From assembly GCA_964387845.1 (NCBI GenBank), contig CAYLXA010000002.1:64001-128000 (forward strand): a stretch of 64,000 nucleotides of DNA, written 5' to 3'. Positions 19,744 to 28,852 of the stretch are shown piece by piece. This DNA is from an uncultured bacterium (GTDB taxonomy: Bacteria; Omnitrophota; Omnitrophia; Omnitrophales; Abzuiibacteriaceae). Position 1 is the stretch's first letter, and every line of letters starts with the position of its first letter. The position numbers and the translations under genes are program-made. The notes below the pieces were generated by a model. That model worked only from the letters and a program-made list of their open reading frames with translations. It was not told the DNA's origin and ran no database searches.

Positions 19744-20703
19744 ATGAAACGTTGTTTGGTAACGGGCGGTGCAGGATTTATCGGATCAAATATCGTAGAA
19801 ACTCTTGTAAAAAAGGGTTTTCGGGTCCGCGTTCTGGATAATTTCTCGACTGGCTTCAAGCAAAATCTGAAATTTCTAGAATCAAAAATAGAAATTCACA
19901 CAGGCGATATCCGAAATTTGAGGCATGCGCAGCGCGCAGCCAAGGGAATGGATTACGTGATCCATACGGCAGCGAATCGTGCAGTTTTGAGATCGGTGGA
20001 TGACCCGCTAGAGACCAATGAAGCCAATGTCAACGGAACGCTTAATATCTTAATTGCAGCGCGTGACGCCAAGGTGAAAAGAGTCGTCTATTCTTCATCG
20101 TCATCGGTTTACGGTGAAACAAATCAATTTCCGCTCAATGAAACCGCCAAGCCGAACCCGCAATCGCCCTATGCTGCACAGAAACTGATGGGTGAATATT
20201 ATTGCCGGCTGTTTTATCAATTGTACGGGCTCGAGACCGTTTCGCTCCGCTATTTTAATGTATTCGGACCCAGGCAAAATCCGGAGTCAAAATATTCAGC
20301 CGTGATTCCGATTTTCATCGACCAGCTTTTAAAAGGCGAACGTCCGGTTTTGCATTGGGATGGAAAACAATCTCGTGATTTTTCTTATGTCGATAATGTC
20401 GTGTACGGCAATTTGTGCGCGATGCATGCAGGCAAACAAGCTGCCGGGCAAGTTTATAATATTGCCTGTCATGAAGAGTACAGCGTGCTGGATATTTTTA
20501 ATGAACTGAAAAGAATTCTTCGAAAACCTTCTGTTCAGCCCATTTTCAAACCGAAGCGGGCGGGGGATGTTAGGCGGACATTTGCCGATATTCGAAAAGC
20601 AAAGCGAGAGTTAGGCTTTCGAGTTCAGACGAGATTTCGCGCAGGCCTGCAAAAAACCGTCGATTGGTTTCTCGAGAGCAAAGTTCTAGAGCGCCGCTCA
20701 TGA
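19744..20703 (+). CDS. NAD-dependent UDP-GlcNAc/GlcNAcA 4-epimerase (WbpP/TviC-like, extended SDR)
   Basis: '[18 protein letters not shown]…[13 protein letters not shown]' resembles WbpP. It sits next to the WbpA-like dehydrogenase, as in the TviB/TviC pair. Confidence 0.7.
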   Translation: MKRCLVTGGAGFIGSNIVETLVKKGFRVRVLDNFSTGFKQNLKFLESKIEIHTGDIRNLRHAQRAAKGMDYVIHTAANRAVLRSVDDPLETNEANVNGTLNILIAARDAKVKRVVYSSSSSVYGETNQFPLNETAKPNPQSPYAAQKLMGEYYCRLFYQLYGLETVSLRYFNVFGPRQNPESKYSAVIPIFIDQLLKGERPVLHWDGKQSRDFSYVDNVVYGNLCAMHAGKQAAGQVYNIACHEEYSVLDIFNELKRILRKPSVQPIFKPKRAGDVRRTFADIRKAKRELGFRVQTRFRAGLQKTVDWFLESKVLERRS

Positions 20704-21635
20704 AAACCGTGGTTGTCACCGGCGGGGCCGGCTTTATCGGCTCACACCTTTCTGAACATTTTCTTCAAAACGGTTTTAAGGTCATCTGCCTTGATAATTT
20801 ATTGACCGGATCAGCTCAAAATATCAAGACTTTTAAGAATCATCCTCATTATGAATTCGTCGAGCATAATATCTGCGATTACATCGATGTGCCCGGATCT
20901 GTCGACTATGTTCTCCATTTTGCATCACCGGCAAGTCCGATTGATTATTTAAAATTACCGATTCAAACTTTAAAAGTCGGATCGCTGGGCACGCACAACG
21001 CGCTCGGCTTTGCGAAAGCAAAAAAAGCGGTTTTTTTACTGGCGTCAACCTCTGAAGTATACGGAGACCCCTTGGTCCATCCGCAGCCGGAAGATTATTG
21101 GGGGAATGTGAATCCCATCGGTCCGCGCGGAGTTTACGATGAAGCAAAGCGTTTTGCGGAAGCCATTACGCTGGCATATCATCGGTCACACGAAATGGAT
21201 GTCAAGATCGTCCGTATTTTTAATACCTATGGGCCCCGGATGCGCAAAGAAGACGGGCGGGCGATTCCGGCATTCATCAGCCAGGCGTTAAATGGTGAAG
21301 CGGTGACCGTGTTCGGCGACGGGTCCCAAACCCGCAGTTTTTGTTACATCAGCGATCTTGTTGACGGAATTGTGAAGCTTTTGCTGTCGCCTCAGCACGG
21401 CCCTATCAATATCGGAAACCCGAATGAGATGTCGCTTTTGGATTTAGCAAAGGAAATCATCCGCCTTACCAAAAGCAAAAGCGAGATCAAATTCATGAAA
21501 CTTCCGCAGGATGATCCCAAGGTGCGCCAGCCGGATATTACAAAGGCAAAGACATTGTTGAAGTGGGGGCCAAAAGTACAGCTCGAGGACGGCCTTCGAA
21601 AAACAATTGAGTATTTTAAATTGGTAGGCAAATGA
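20700..21635 (+). CDS. UDP-glucuronate decarboxylase (UDP-xylose synthase)
   Basis: '[13 protein letters not shown]…CLDNLLTG' and '[29 protein letters not shown]' match the UXS signature region. ATG 20700 overlaps the upstream stop (ATGA); the ORF track starts at 20664. Confidence 0.7.
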   Translation: MKTVVVTGGAGFIGSHLSEHFLQNGFKVICLDNLLTGSAQNIKTFKNHPHYEFVEHNICDYIDVPGSVDYVLHFASPASPIDYLKLPIQTLKVGSLGTHNALGFAKAKKAVFLLASTSEVYGDPLVHPQPEDYWGNVNPIGPRGVYDEAKRFAEAITLAYHRSHEMDVKIVRIFNTYGPRMRKEDGRAIPAFISQALNGEAVTVFGDGSQTRSFCYISDLVDGIVKLLLSPQHGPINIGNPNEMSLLDLAKEIIRLTKSKSEIKFMKLPQDDPKVRQPDITKAKTLLKWGPKVQLEDGLRKTIEYFKLVGK

Positions 21636-22570
21636 CGCGAATTTTGGTAACAGGCGCATCCGGTTTCGTGGGCGGCCACATGGTTGATTTCTTAAGCCAA
21701 AAGCGGGTCGAAGTTTTCGGCACATATTTCCAGCACAAACCCGATTCTCAACCGGGAGTGTCTTATTTGGCGTGCGATTTCATGAATCGCGAGGCCGTTG
21801 TTAAGCTTTTTCAGAAAACAAAACCCACGCACGTGATTCATTTGGTGGGCCAGAGTTCGCCGTCGCTGTCTTGGAAGATTCCGTACGAAACAGTTCAGGG
21901 AAATGTTTTTTCGGCAATCCATTTGGTGGATGCGTGCCGTAGGCTTAGCTTGCAGCCTAAAATTCTTTATATTTCTTCCGCGCATGTGTATGGACAGACT
22001 TTTTATGAAAAGAGAAATGTGTCAGAAACTGATTTGCCTAAACCGATGGACCCTTACGGCGCTTCCAAGATTCAGGGTGAATATTTTGTCATGCAGTATC
22101 ATTACCAATTTAAAATTCCTTACGTCATTATGCGCGCCTCGGCGCATATCGGCGTAAATCAGCCCCCGTTCTTTTCGATTTCGAATTTTGCAAAGCAGAT
22201 TGCTGAGATCGAGAAAAGGAAAAAGCCGCCTGTTATACTGGTCGGAAATTTGAATGTTGAGCGCGGTTTTGTTGCCGTCGAAGACATTGTGAAAGCATAT
22301 TGGCTGGCACTTACAAAGGCAAAAGCGGGCGAGATCTACAATATAGGCGCCAAAGGCGTCAAAAGCATGGGTAGTTGGCTTGATGATCTGCTGAATTTAA
22401 CCGACGTCAAAATCAAAATCCAGCAGGATCCCAACCGGAAAAGACTGAAAGAACCGGCCCGCATTTCCATCAATAGTAAGAAATTTCGACAAATGACCGG
22501 ATGGAAGGAAGCGAAGCCGATTTTGGAATCATTTGAAAACATCCTCAATTGGTGGCGCGCTCGTGTCTAG
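21632..22570 (+). CDS. GDP-4-dehydro-6-deoxy-D-mannose reductase-like (Rmd family) SDR
   Basis: N-terminus '[14 protein letters not shown]'. The C-terminus '…[49 protein letters not shown]' parallels Pseudomonas Rmd. No gmd is present in the window. Confidence 0.55.
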   Translation: MTRILVTGASGFVGGHMVDFLSQKRVEVFGTYFQHKPDSQPGVSYLACDFMNREAVVKLFQKTKPTHVIHLVGQSSPSLSWKIPYETVQGNVFSAIHLVDACRRLSLQPKILYISSAHVYGQTFYEKRNVSETDLPKPMDPYGASKIQGEYFVMQYHYQFKIPYVIMRASAHIGVNQPPFFSISNFAKQIAEIEKRKKPPVILVGNLNVERGFVAVEDIVKAYWLALTKAKAGEIYNIGAKGVKSMGSWLDDLLNLTDVKIKIQQDPNRKRLKEPARISINSKKFRQMTGWKEAKPILESFENILNWWRARV

Positions 22571-23609
22571 CGTTGATTTCATCGTTGTTTCGAAAAACCA
22601 ACTCCATTTTACCCGCCAGTGCATTGAAAGCCTCTTCAAAAATGTTTCAGTGCCGTCCCATTTGATTTGGGTGGATAACGCAAGTGATGATGGTACACGG
22701 GAATATCTTGAGAAAATCAAGACGAACAAGCCGTCTCATTTTGAAGTAACGGTAATTTTGAGCGCTGAGAATCTGGGTTATGGCTTGGGGTTGAACAAAG
22801 GCCTGACGGTTTCGAAATCGCCGTATGTGTTTTTCTGCAATAACGACATCAAATTTTATCCGGATTCCGTTGAGGAAGTAGTCCGCATTGCCAAAACCAA
22901 TCCAAAATTTGGTTTAGTGAACCCAAACTCGAACGAGTTTGATCAAATTAAATCTTATGACCCGGCGATACTAAAAGCGTTGCGCGGAAGCGTGATTGAA
23001 CGAACGCATACCTCCGGATTTTGTGTTTTAGTCAGGCGGGAAGTCATTGATAAAATCGGCGGCATTGACCCTGATTTCAACCCCGCCTATTTTGAAGACA
23101 TGGACTATGCTGAACGTGCCAAAAAAGCCGGATTTTTATGCGTGGTAGCCCGCGGCGCTTTTGTTGAACATTTTGGGACTAGGACTTTTCTTCCGAAGGA
23201 AAAACAGGATTTGTGGGACAAGCATAAGGAAAGGTTTGCCAAGCGGTGGGGTGGGACCAAATGGTTTGCTGTTTACGGTGATGATGATTTGGCAAATTCG
23301 GAAACCTTAGAGCGGTTCAAAAATGCCGCGCTCAGCCTTGCGCGAAAAGAGACCGCGATTGTTCATTTGTTTGTTCCGCCTGGAACTAAACAAGGCTTAA
23401 CCGGCCTTCATGAGAGTTTTCGCATTGCAGAATCACCAAAAGTCTTGCGGGGATTTTTGATTTTGATGAAAGCGTGGCGATCAGGCTCAAAACCGATTAG
23501 CAGGATTTATGTTCCAAATACCGGAACAAAAAAAATATTTGAATCTTTAAAAGCGTTTCACCGCGCCGAAGTTTGTAATTTGGAAAACTTGCTGCAAACA
23601 GCAGTATAG
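22533..23609 (+). CDS. glycosyltransferase family 2
   Basis: 'FIVVSKNQL…WVDNASDDGT' GT-A fold with the DxD region. An alternative GTG start at 22563 overlaps the upstream stop. Confidence 0.75.
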   Translation: MKTSSIGGALVSSVDFIVVSKNQLHFTRQCIESLFKNVSVPSHLIWVDNASDDGTREYLEKIKTNKPSHFEVTVILSAENLGYGLGLNKGLTVSKSPYVFFCNNDIKFYPDSVEEVVRIAKTNPKFGLVNPNSNEFDQIKSYDPAILKALRGSVIERTHTSGFCVLVRREVIDKIGGIDPDFNPAYFEDMDYAERAKKAGFLCVVARGAFVEHFGTRTFLPKEKQDLWDKHKERFAKRWGGTKWFAVYGDDDLANSETLERFKNAALSLARKETAIVHLFVPPGTKQGLTGLHESFRIAESPKVLRGFLILMKAWRSGSKPISRIYVPNTGTKKIFESLKAFHRAEVCNLENLLQTAV

Positions 23610-24772
23610 AGTTGATTGACAAGCCGCATGTGCGGCTCTTCCGTAAACAATTCATCCGAACGTCGCTTTCCCTCGAGACCCATTGCTTCGGCGGTGTCGG
23701 GATGGGTGAGTAGATAATCCATTTTCTCGGATAACGAATCGACGTCTTGCGTTTTGGTCAAAAAGCCGGTTTTGTTATCCAAGAGCCATTCCGGAATTCC
23801 ACCAATCGAAAAACCGATCACAGGCCGTGCCCGCGCCATGGCCTCAAGCCCTACGGTTGGAAATGAGTCGGGATAAACGGACGGCACAACCAACATAGCG
23901 CACCGGTCCAGATATTCGTTCATTTTTTCATGCGGTTGATTACCGAGAAAACGGACACGCTCTTCGATTTTTAACTCACGAGCAAGTTTCTCTAAATTTT
24001 TGCGCTCCTCGCCGTCGCCCACAATCTCAAGCGCCGTTTTTTGTTTCATTTTTTGGAAAGCACGCAAAAGATAAGAAACGCCTTTGTAAGCACGCAAGCG
24101 GCCTAGAAATAGAATAGGAGGCGCATTTTTGGGGTATGGGGCAGGCGGTTGATTGGATTTAAATGCAAAGAGCGGGATGACCGAGATTTTATCGCTTGGA
24201 ACGCCTTCGTGGGTCAAAATTTCTTGCGACCTGTGGCTAGGCACAACGGCGCGCGAAATTGAACGGAGCGCTTCCAGCGATTGCTTTTTAATTGAAATAA
24301 TTTCAAGCGAACGTTTGGGGTGCCGGCTCATGCAATTTTGATAGTAAGCAATCGGTAGGCAGCCGAAGCCGAGGCGGAACCGGCATTCTTTGCCGGATGT
24401 GTAAAGGTATTTATCGGTGCCGCCGCAGTAGGCATCGGCATTGAGCGTTGTTTTGATGGTCGGATAATTTTCGCCGCAATAGCGAATGACATACGGATTA
24501 TTAAGATCATGAATATGGATCAGGTCAGGCTTAATTGCTTGAAGCGCTTCTGAAATTGCAGCGATCGATTCTTTAGCGGTTTTGTGCTCATAAGATGATA
24601 TTTGAGGAATTGTCGTAATGGGGCATTCTGTAAACTCTTTCGGTGCATGGGCTGTGAGTAAGTGAATCTGATAGCCGTGCCTGAGCGATATTTTAATCAG
24701 GTTTTGGATGTAGATTTCACATCCACCGACCGGATCGATGCTTCTGGTGATGTGTAAAACAAGAGGAGGCAT
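23558..24772 (-). CDS. glycosyltransferase family 4 (GT-B)
   Basis: C-terminal EX7E-type motif 'PSVYPDSFPTVGLEAMARARPVIGFSIGGIPEWL'. This is the only minus-strand gene in the island. Confidence 0.8.
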   Translation of the reverse strand: MPPLVLHITRSIDPVGGCEIYIQNLIKISLRHGYQIHLLTAHAPKEFTECPITTIPQISSYEHKTAKESIAAISEALQAIKPDLIHIHDLNNPYVIRYCGENYPTIKTTLNADAYCGGTDKYLYTSGKECRFRLGFGCLPIAYYQNCMSRHPKRSLEIISIKKQSLEALRSISRAVVPSHRSQEILTHEGVPSDKISVIPLFAFKSNQPPAPYPKNAPPILFLGRLRAYKGVSYLLRAFQKMKQKTALEIVGDGEERKNLEKLARELKIEERVRFLGNQPHEKMNEYLDRCAMLVVPSVYPDSFPTVGLEAMARARPVIGFSIGGIPEWLLDNKTGFLTKTQDVDSLSEKMDYLLTHPDTAEAMGLEGKRRSDELFTEEPHMRLVNQLYTAVCSKFSKLQTSAR

Positions 24773-24822
24773 AGCGCATTATAGCTGCCATGCCTTAAAG
24801 TGCAATTCATAAGGCGTTGATT

Positions 24823-24850
24823 GACAATTTGAGGAATTGCTTTAAAATGG
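24823..24850 (+). promoter_or_regulatory. candidate sigma-70 promoter in the divergent intergenic region (TTGACA, 16-nt spacer, TAAAAT)
   Basis: AT-rich 125-nt gap between divergent glycosyltransferase genes. TTGACA at 24823 is followed after 16 nt by TAAAAT. Oriented towards the gene at 24898. Confidence 0.3.
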
Positions 24851-24897
24851 ATGTTTCCAATTTGTAAATATCATAACCTATTGTAATACAATAACTT

Positions 24898-26028
24898 ATG
24901 AAAATAGCAACCCCGCATTGCGGTTTTTCGCCCGAGACAAATTCCGGCGGCGAAACCTACGAACGTGAAATTCTGAAAAATTTGGCCAAATTGGGCGCGG
25001 AATTTGAAGTTATTCTGGCCAAAGGAAAACGATACCCGGAAGGCTTCCCGCAGTTTCACGTTCATCATTTGCCGGTTGAAAAGGGGCTGCGCTGGTATGT
25101 TTCGAATTGGATTTGGCCTCATTATTTAAAAAGGATCGAAAAATCCTGCGGATTTGACCTGCTCCGCATTCATTCCTTGCGCTTCACGGGCCCGGGCGTG
25201 CTGTGGTTTAACCGAATGTCACAGAAGAAGTATCCCGTTGTATGTCACCATCATCACATCGATCCGGATCCGTTGAATCCGTTCATTGAAAAAAAGGTGA
25301 TTGAAAAGTCAGACCTTTTGATCACGGGCAGTGAATTTTCAAAACGCCAACTGGTAGAAACTTTCAAAACCAATCCTACAAAAATCAAAGTAGTTCCGTA
25401 CGGTATCGATGAAACATTTGCACCGCAAGAGAAAGATGAAGCATACAAAAAAGAACTCGGGCTCAAAAATGAAAAAATCCTGCTGTTTCTTGCCGGACTT
25501 AAGAAAAGAAAAAAAGTTTTTTTTCTAATCGATACATTTCAAGAATTGTTAAGGCATTACCGGGACCCTGTTAAGTTGATAATCGCAGGCTCCGGGCCTC
25601 TCAAAAAGAAACTGCAGGAATATGCACTGTCAAAAAACCTAGGCGGTAAAATTTTATTTACAGGATTTGTACCCGAAGACCGAAAGCTTACGCTTTACAA
25701 TCTTTGCGATACTTTTGTATTTCCATCCGACATGGAAGGTTTTGGCTTCAGCCCTGCAGAAGCCATGGCTTGCGGCAAACCGGTTGTATGTTCTGATGCA
25801 GGATCACTGCCTGAAATTGTAGAAGACGGACAAAGCGGTTTTTGCGTACCCAACAAAGTGCCGGCATTTGTCGAAAAAATACTCACCTTGCTCAATGACG
25901 GTGAAATGAGACGGCGTTTTGGAAGTGCCGGTGAAATGCGGGCCCGAACCATTTTTCAGTGGCCTATTGTTGCGCAACGAACTTTAGAAGCTTATCAAGC
26001 ATTGCTAGACAACCGCCGCGAGTCTTGA
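24898..26028 (+). CDS. glycosyltransferase family 4
   Basis: 'PSDMEGFGFSPAEAMACGKPVVCSDAGSLPEIVEDGQSG'. Confidence 0.8.
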   Translation: MKIATPHCGFSPETNSGGETYEREILKNLAKLGAEFEVILAKGKRYPEGFPQFHVHHLPVEKGLRWYVSNWIWPHYLKRIEKSCGFDLLRIHSLRFTGPGVLWFNRMSQKKYPVVCHHHHIDPDPLNPFIEKKVIEKSDLLITGSEFSKRQLVETFKTNPTKIKVVPYGIDETFAPQEKDEAYKKELGLKNEKILLFLAGLKKRKKVFFLIDTFQELLRHYRDPVKLIIAGSGPLKKKLQEYALSKNLGGKILFTGFVPEDRKLTLYNLCDTFVFPSDMEGFGFSPAEAMACGKPVVCSDAGSLPEIVEDGQSGFCVPNKVPAFVEKILTLLNDGEMRRRFGSAGEMRARTIFQWPIVAQRTLEAYQALLDNRRES

Positions 26029-26031
26029 TCA

Positions 26032-26805
26032 ATGATGAATGCGTGGTTTCAGTTTGTTTGCTGGTTTAATCAGAAGGCGAAAAGTTTGGCTATCCGATTG
26101 GTGAAATGGACCGGAAAAAGCACGCAATACATTCACCCAAAACATCTGATCAAGGACGATCATCATCATTGGTTTGTCAAATTTTTGCGTGCAGGTGACC
26201 AGGTTTTGGATTTGGGCTGCGGCGGAGGCGCTCATAGTTTTGTGGCGGCAGAGCATGTAAAAGCGGTAAAGGGAATCGATCATTCCAGCCGGAACCTTGA
26301 AATCGCGAAGCGATTGGCGTCCGAAAAAAAACTAACAAATGTGCAATTCGCAGAAGGAGATTTGGAAAAGCCGCTGGATGAGAAAGATCAAACCTACGAT
26401 GTCGTGATCGCGCTGGACATTTTAGAGCACCTGCACAACCGGGAACAATTTTTAAATGAAGCAGCTCGTGTTTTGAAACCTGCCGGCCGGCTGGTTGTTG
26501 CAATCCCAAACCGTGACACGCAGTGGAAGAAAGCTTTAAAGCGCCACGGACTTTTCTATTATTCAGACTTGGACCATAAATACGAATATGAACAGAGCGA
26601 GCTTGATGCGGTATTCAAAAGGGGCCATTTTTCGATCCGGTCGATCGAACCGGCCGTCTACGATACGCCGTGGGTTGGGTTAATCGATTTAATCGGCGGT
26701 GTGTCGATTGGCTGGTACAGAAAGTTGGCCGACTGGAAGCGCAGTATGGCACTTAAATATCCTTCGGAATCAACCGGATTTCGAATCGAGGCGGTTAAAA
26801 ATTAA
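26032..26805 (+). CDS. class I SAM-dependent methyltransferase
   Basis: Motif I 'VLDLGCGGGAHSF' and a post-I acidic residue. Methyltransf_11/25-like. Confidence 0.75.
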   Translation: MMNAWFQFVCWFNQKAKSLAIRLVKWTGKSTQYIHPKHLIKDDHHHWFVKFLRAGDQVLDLGCGGGAHSFVAAEHVKAVKGIDHSSRNLEIAKRLASEKKLTNVQFAEGDLEKPLDEKDQTYDVVIALDILEHLHNREQFLNEAARVLKPAGRLVVAIPNRDTQWKKALKRHGLFYYSDLDHKYEYEQSELDAVFKRGHFSIRSIEPAVYDTPWVGLIDLIGGVSIGWYRKLADWKRSMALKYPSESTGFRIEAVKN

Positions 26806-28112
26806 TGAAAATTGGGCTCATCAACGAATTTTTCCCTCCATTTGCACCGGGCGGCGCCGAATGGAGCATGTCGGCGCTTGCCAATGCCATGGCGGCCAAG
26901 GGGCATCAGGTGGTTGTCATGACACCGAATTACGGCGCCCAGCCATTTGAGCAATCTGGGCGGGTACGGATCTACCGGTACCCGTTCGCCAAAAAAATGA
27001 AGCAGGGCAGCCGGCTGCCGGGTTTTTTGTGGCATGCAAACCCATTTTTTTATTTGCACAGCGCTTATCAAATTTGGAAAATTGCTCAAAAAGAAAAGCT
27101 GGATTTGTTACATGTCCAGAATAAATATTCGCTGATCGGCACAAGTTGGGCGGCTCGATTTTTGAACATCCCGGTCGTGGCAACGATTCGCGATACAAGT
27201 TATATCTGCCGGATCAGCGTTTGCTTGCAGCATCATGACACAGTTCCTAATGACTGCAGTCTTAAAAAACTTTTAGCGGAATGTTCGGAAGAATATTATG
27301 AGCATTATTACGAACAAAAAAACATTTGGGTTCACGCAAAGGATAAGCTGGCTCAAACGTATCATTGGTTTGACGTTCATTGGCGCCGTTGGCATTTGAA
27401 TCGGGCCGATGCGGTGATCGGTGTTAGCAACGGAATTTTAGAAACACACGGGCGCTCCGGAATTTTTAGAAATCAAAAGAGCATTCGAAGGGCGGTTTAC
27501 AATTTGCAGGATGAGATCAAGCCTCTCGCGAACGGTTTGGGCGATCAGCTGCGCCAGAAATATGGCTTGGGCCGCAATAGAATCGTGCTTTATGTCGGCA
27601 AATTTTCAAGAGGAAAAGGAACGAGGGATTTTGTAGAATCTTTTGAGATAGTGAGCAAGCAGTGTCCGAACACGGTTTATGTCATGGCGGGGTCCGGGAT
27701 GAAAATAGCCGGCTCTGATCAAATTAAAGTTCTGAACCAGCTTCCGCATGCCGAGGTGCTGGATCTTATGGCGATTGCCGACTTAATTGTGGTGCCGAGT
27801 GTATGGCCTGAACCTTTGAGCCGCGTTCTGTTGGAAGCGCTTTATTTATCAAAACCGATTGTCGGGACGCGTGTCGGCGGTACGCCTGAGGTTGTAGCGG
27901 ACGGTGAAAACGGCTTTTTGGTTCCGAGAAGCCAGCCCGAAAAGCTTGCGGAAGCGATTTCGAGAATTCTTTCGGATGATTCACTTGCAAAAAGAATGGG
28001 CAAGCGCTCGCGTGAAATTGCGCTGACAAAATTCGAAAAATCCGCCTTAGTGAGGCAATATGAAATTGTGTATCAAGACTGCATGAATCAAACCCAGGGT
28101 GGACGATTATGA
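26805..28112 (+). CDS. glycosyltransferase family 4
   Basis: 'PSVWPEPLSRVLLEALYLSKPIVGTRVGGTPEVVADGENGFLV'. Confidence 0.8.
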   Translation: MKIGLINEFFPPFAPGGAEWSMSALANAMAAKGHQVVVMTPNYGAQPFEQSGRVRIYRYPFAKKMKQGSRLPGFLWHANPFFYLHSAYQIWKIAQKEKLDLLHVQNKYSLIGTSWAARFLNIPVVATIRDTSYICRISVCLQHHDTVPNDCSLKKLLAECSEEYYEHYYEQKNIWVHAKDKLAQTYHWFDVHWRRWHLNRADAVIGVSNGILETHGRSGIFRNQKSIRRAVYNLQDEIKPLANGLGDQLRQKYGLGRNRIVLYVGKFSRGKGTRDFVESFEIVSKQCPNTVYVMAGSGMKIAGSDQIKVLNQLPHAEVLDLMAIADLIVVPSVWPEPLSRVLLEALYLSKPIVGTRVGGTPEVVADGENGFLVPRSQPEKLAEAISRILSDDSLAKRMGKRSREIALTKFEKSALVRQYEIVYQDCMNQTQGGRL

Positions 28113-28849
28113 TTGAAGGGCTGAAAGTTGTGGTGGTGCTTCCTGCTTATAATGCAGAAAAGACGCTTGAAATGACAGTGAACGAAATTCCAAATTCAAT
28201 CGTTGATGAAATCATTCTGGTTGACGATTTTAGTACAGACCGAACCACCGAAGTCGCAAAAAAGATAGGGTTAAAGCACGTTATTCGGCATGAAAAAAAT
28301 CTGGGTTACGGTGGAAACCAGAAAACCTGCTATCGCAAAGCGCTGGAGTTGGGTGCCGATATTGTGTTGATGCTTCATCCGGATTATCAATACACACCAA
28401 AATTGATTTTGCCGATGGTGTCTCTGATCGCTTCGGGACAGTTTGATGTTGTGCTTGGTTCGCGTATTTTGGGAATCGGCGCCTTGAAGGGCGGGATGCC
28501 GTTTTATAAATATGTGGCAAACCGTTTTCTGACAGCATTTGAAAATATTCTGCTTTCGCACAAATTATCGGAATATCACACGGGCTACCGCGCATTTTCC
28601 AGAAAAGTACTGGAAACAGTAAAATTTGAAAAGAATTCGAATGATTTTGTGTTTGATAACCAAATGTTAGCCCAAGTGATTTATCACGGATTCCAAATCG
28701 GTGAAATCACATGCCCGACCAAGTATTTTCCCGAAGCTTCTTCAATCAACTTTTCTAGAAGTGTTGCGTATGGCTTAGGCGTGTTAAAAACCGCGCTTGC
28801 ATTTCGCCTGCACAAAGCCGGCATTCTCCGCAGCGCACTCTTTTCCTGA
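28109..28849 (+). CDS. GT2 polyprenyl-phosphate glycosyltransferase (ArnC/DPM1/GtrB-like)
   Basis: 'VVVVLPAYNAEKTLEMTVNEIP…IILVDDFSTDRTTEVA'. Short at 246 aa and soluble GT-A, typical of the DPM1-type. Confidence 0.75.
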   Translation: MIEGLKVVVVLPAYNAEKTLEMTVNEIPNSIVDEIILVDDFSTDRTTEVAKKIGLKHVIRHEKNLGYGGNQKTCYRKALELGADIVLMLHPDYQYTPKLILPMVSLIASGQFDVVLGSRILGIGALKGGMPFYKYVANRFLTAFENILLSHKLSEYHTGYRAFSRKVLETVKFEKNSNDFVFDNQMLAQVIYHGFQIGEITCPTKYFPEASSINFSRSVAYGLGVLKTALAFRLHKAGILRSALFS

Positions 28850-28852
28850 TAT

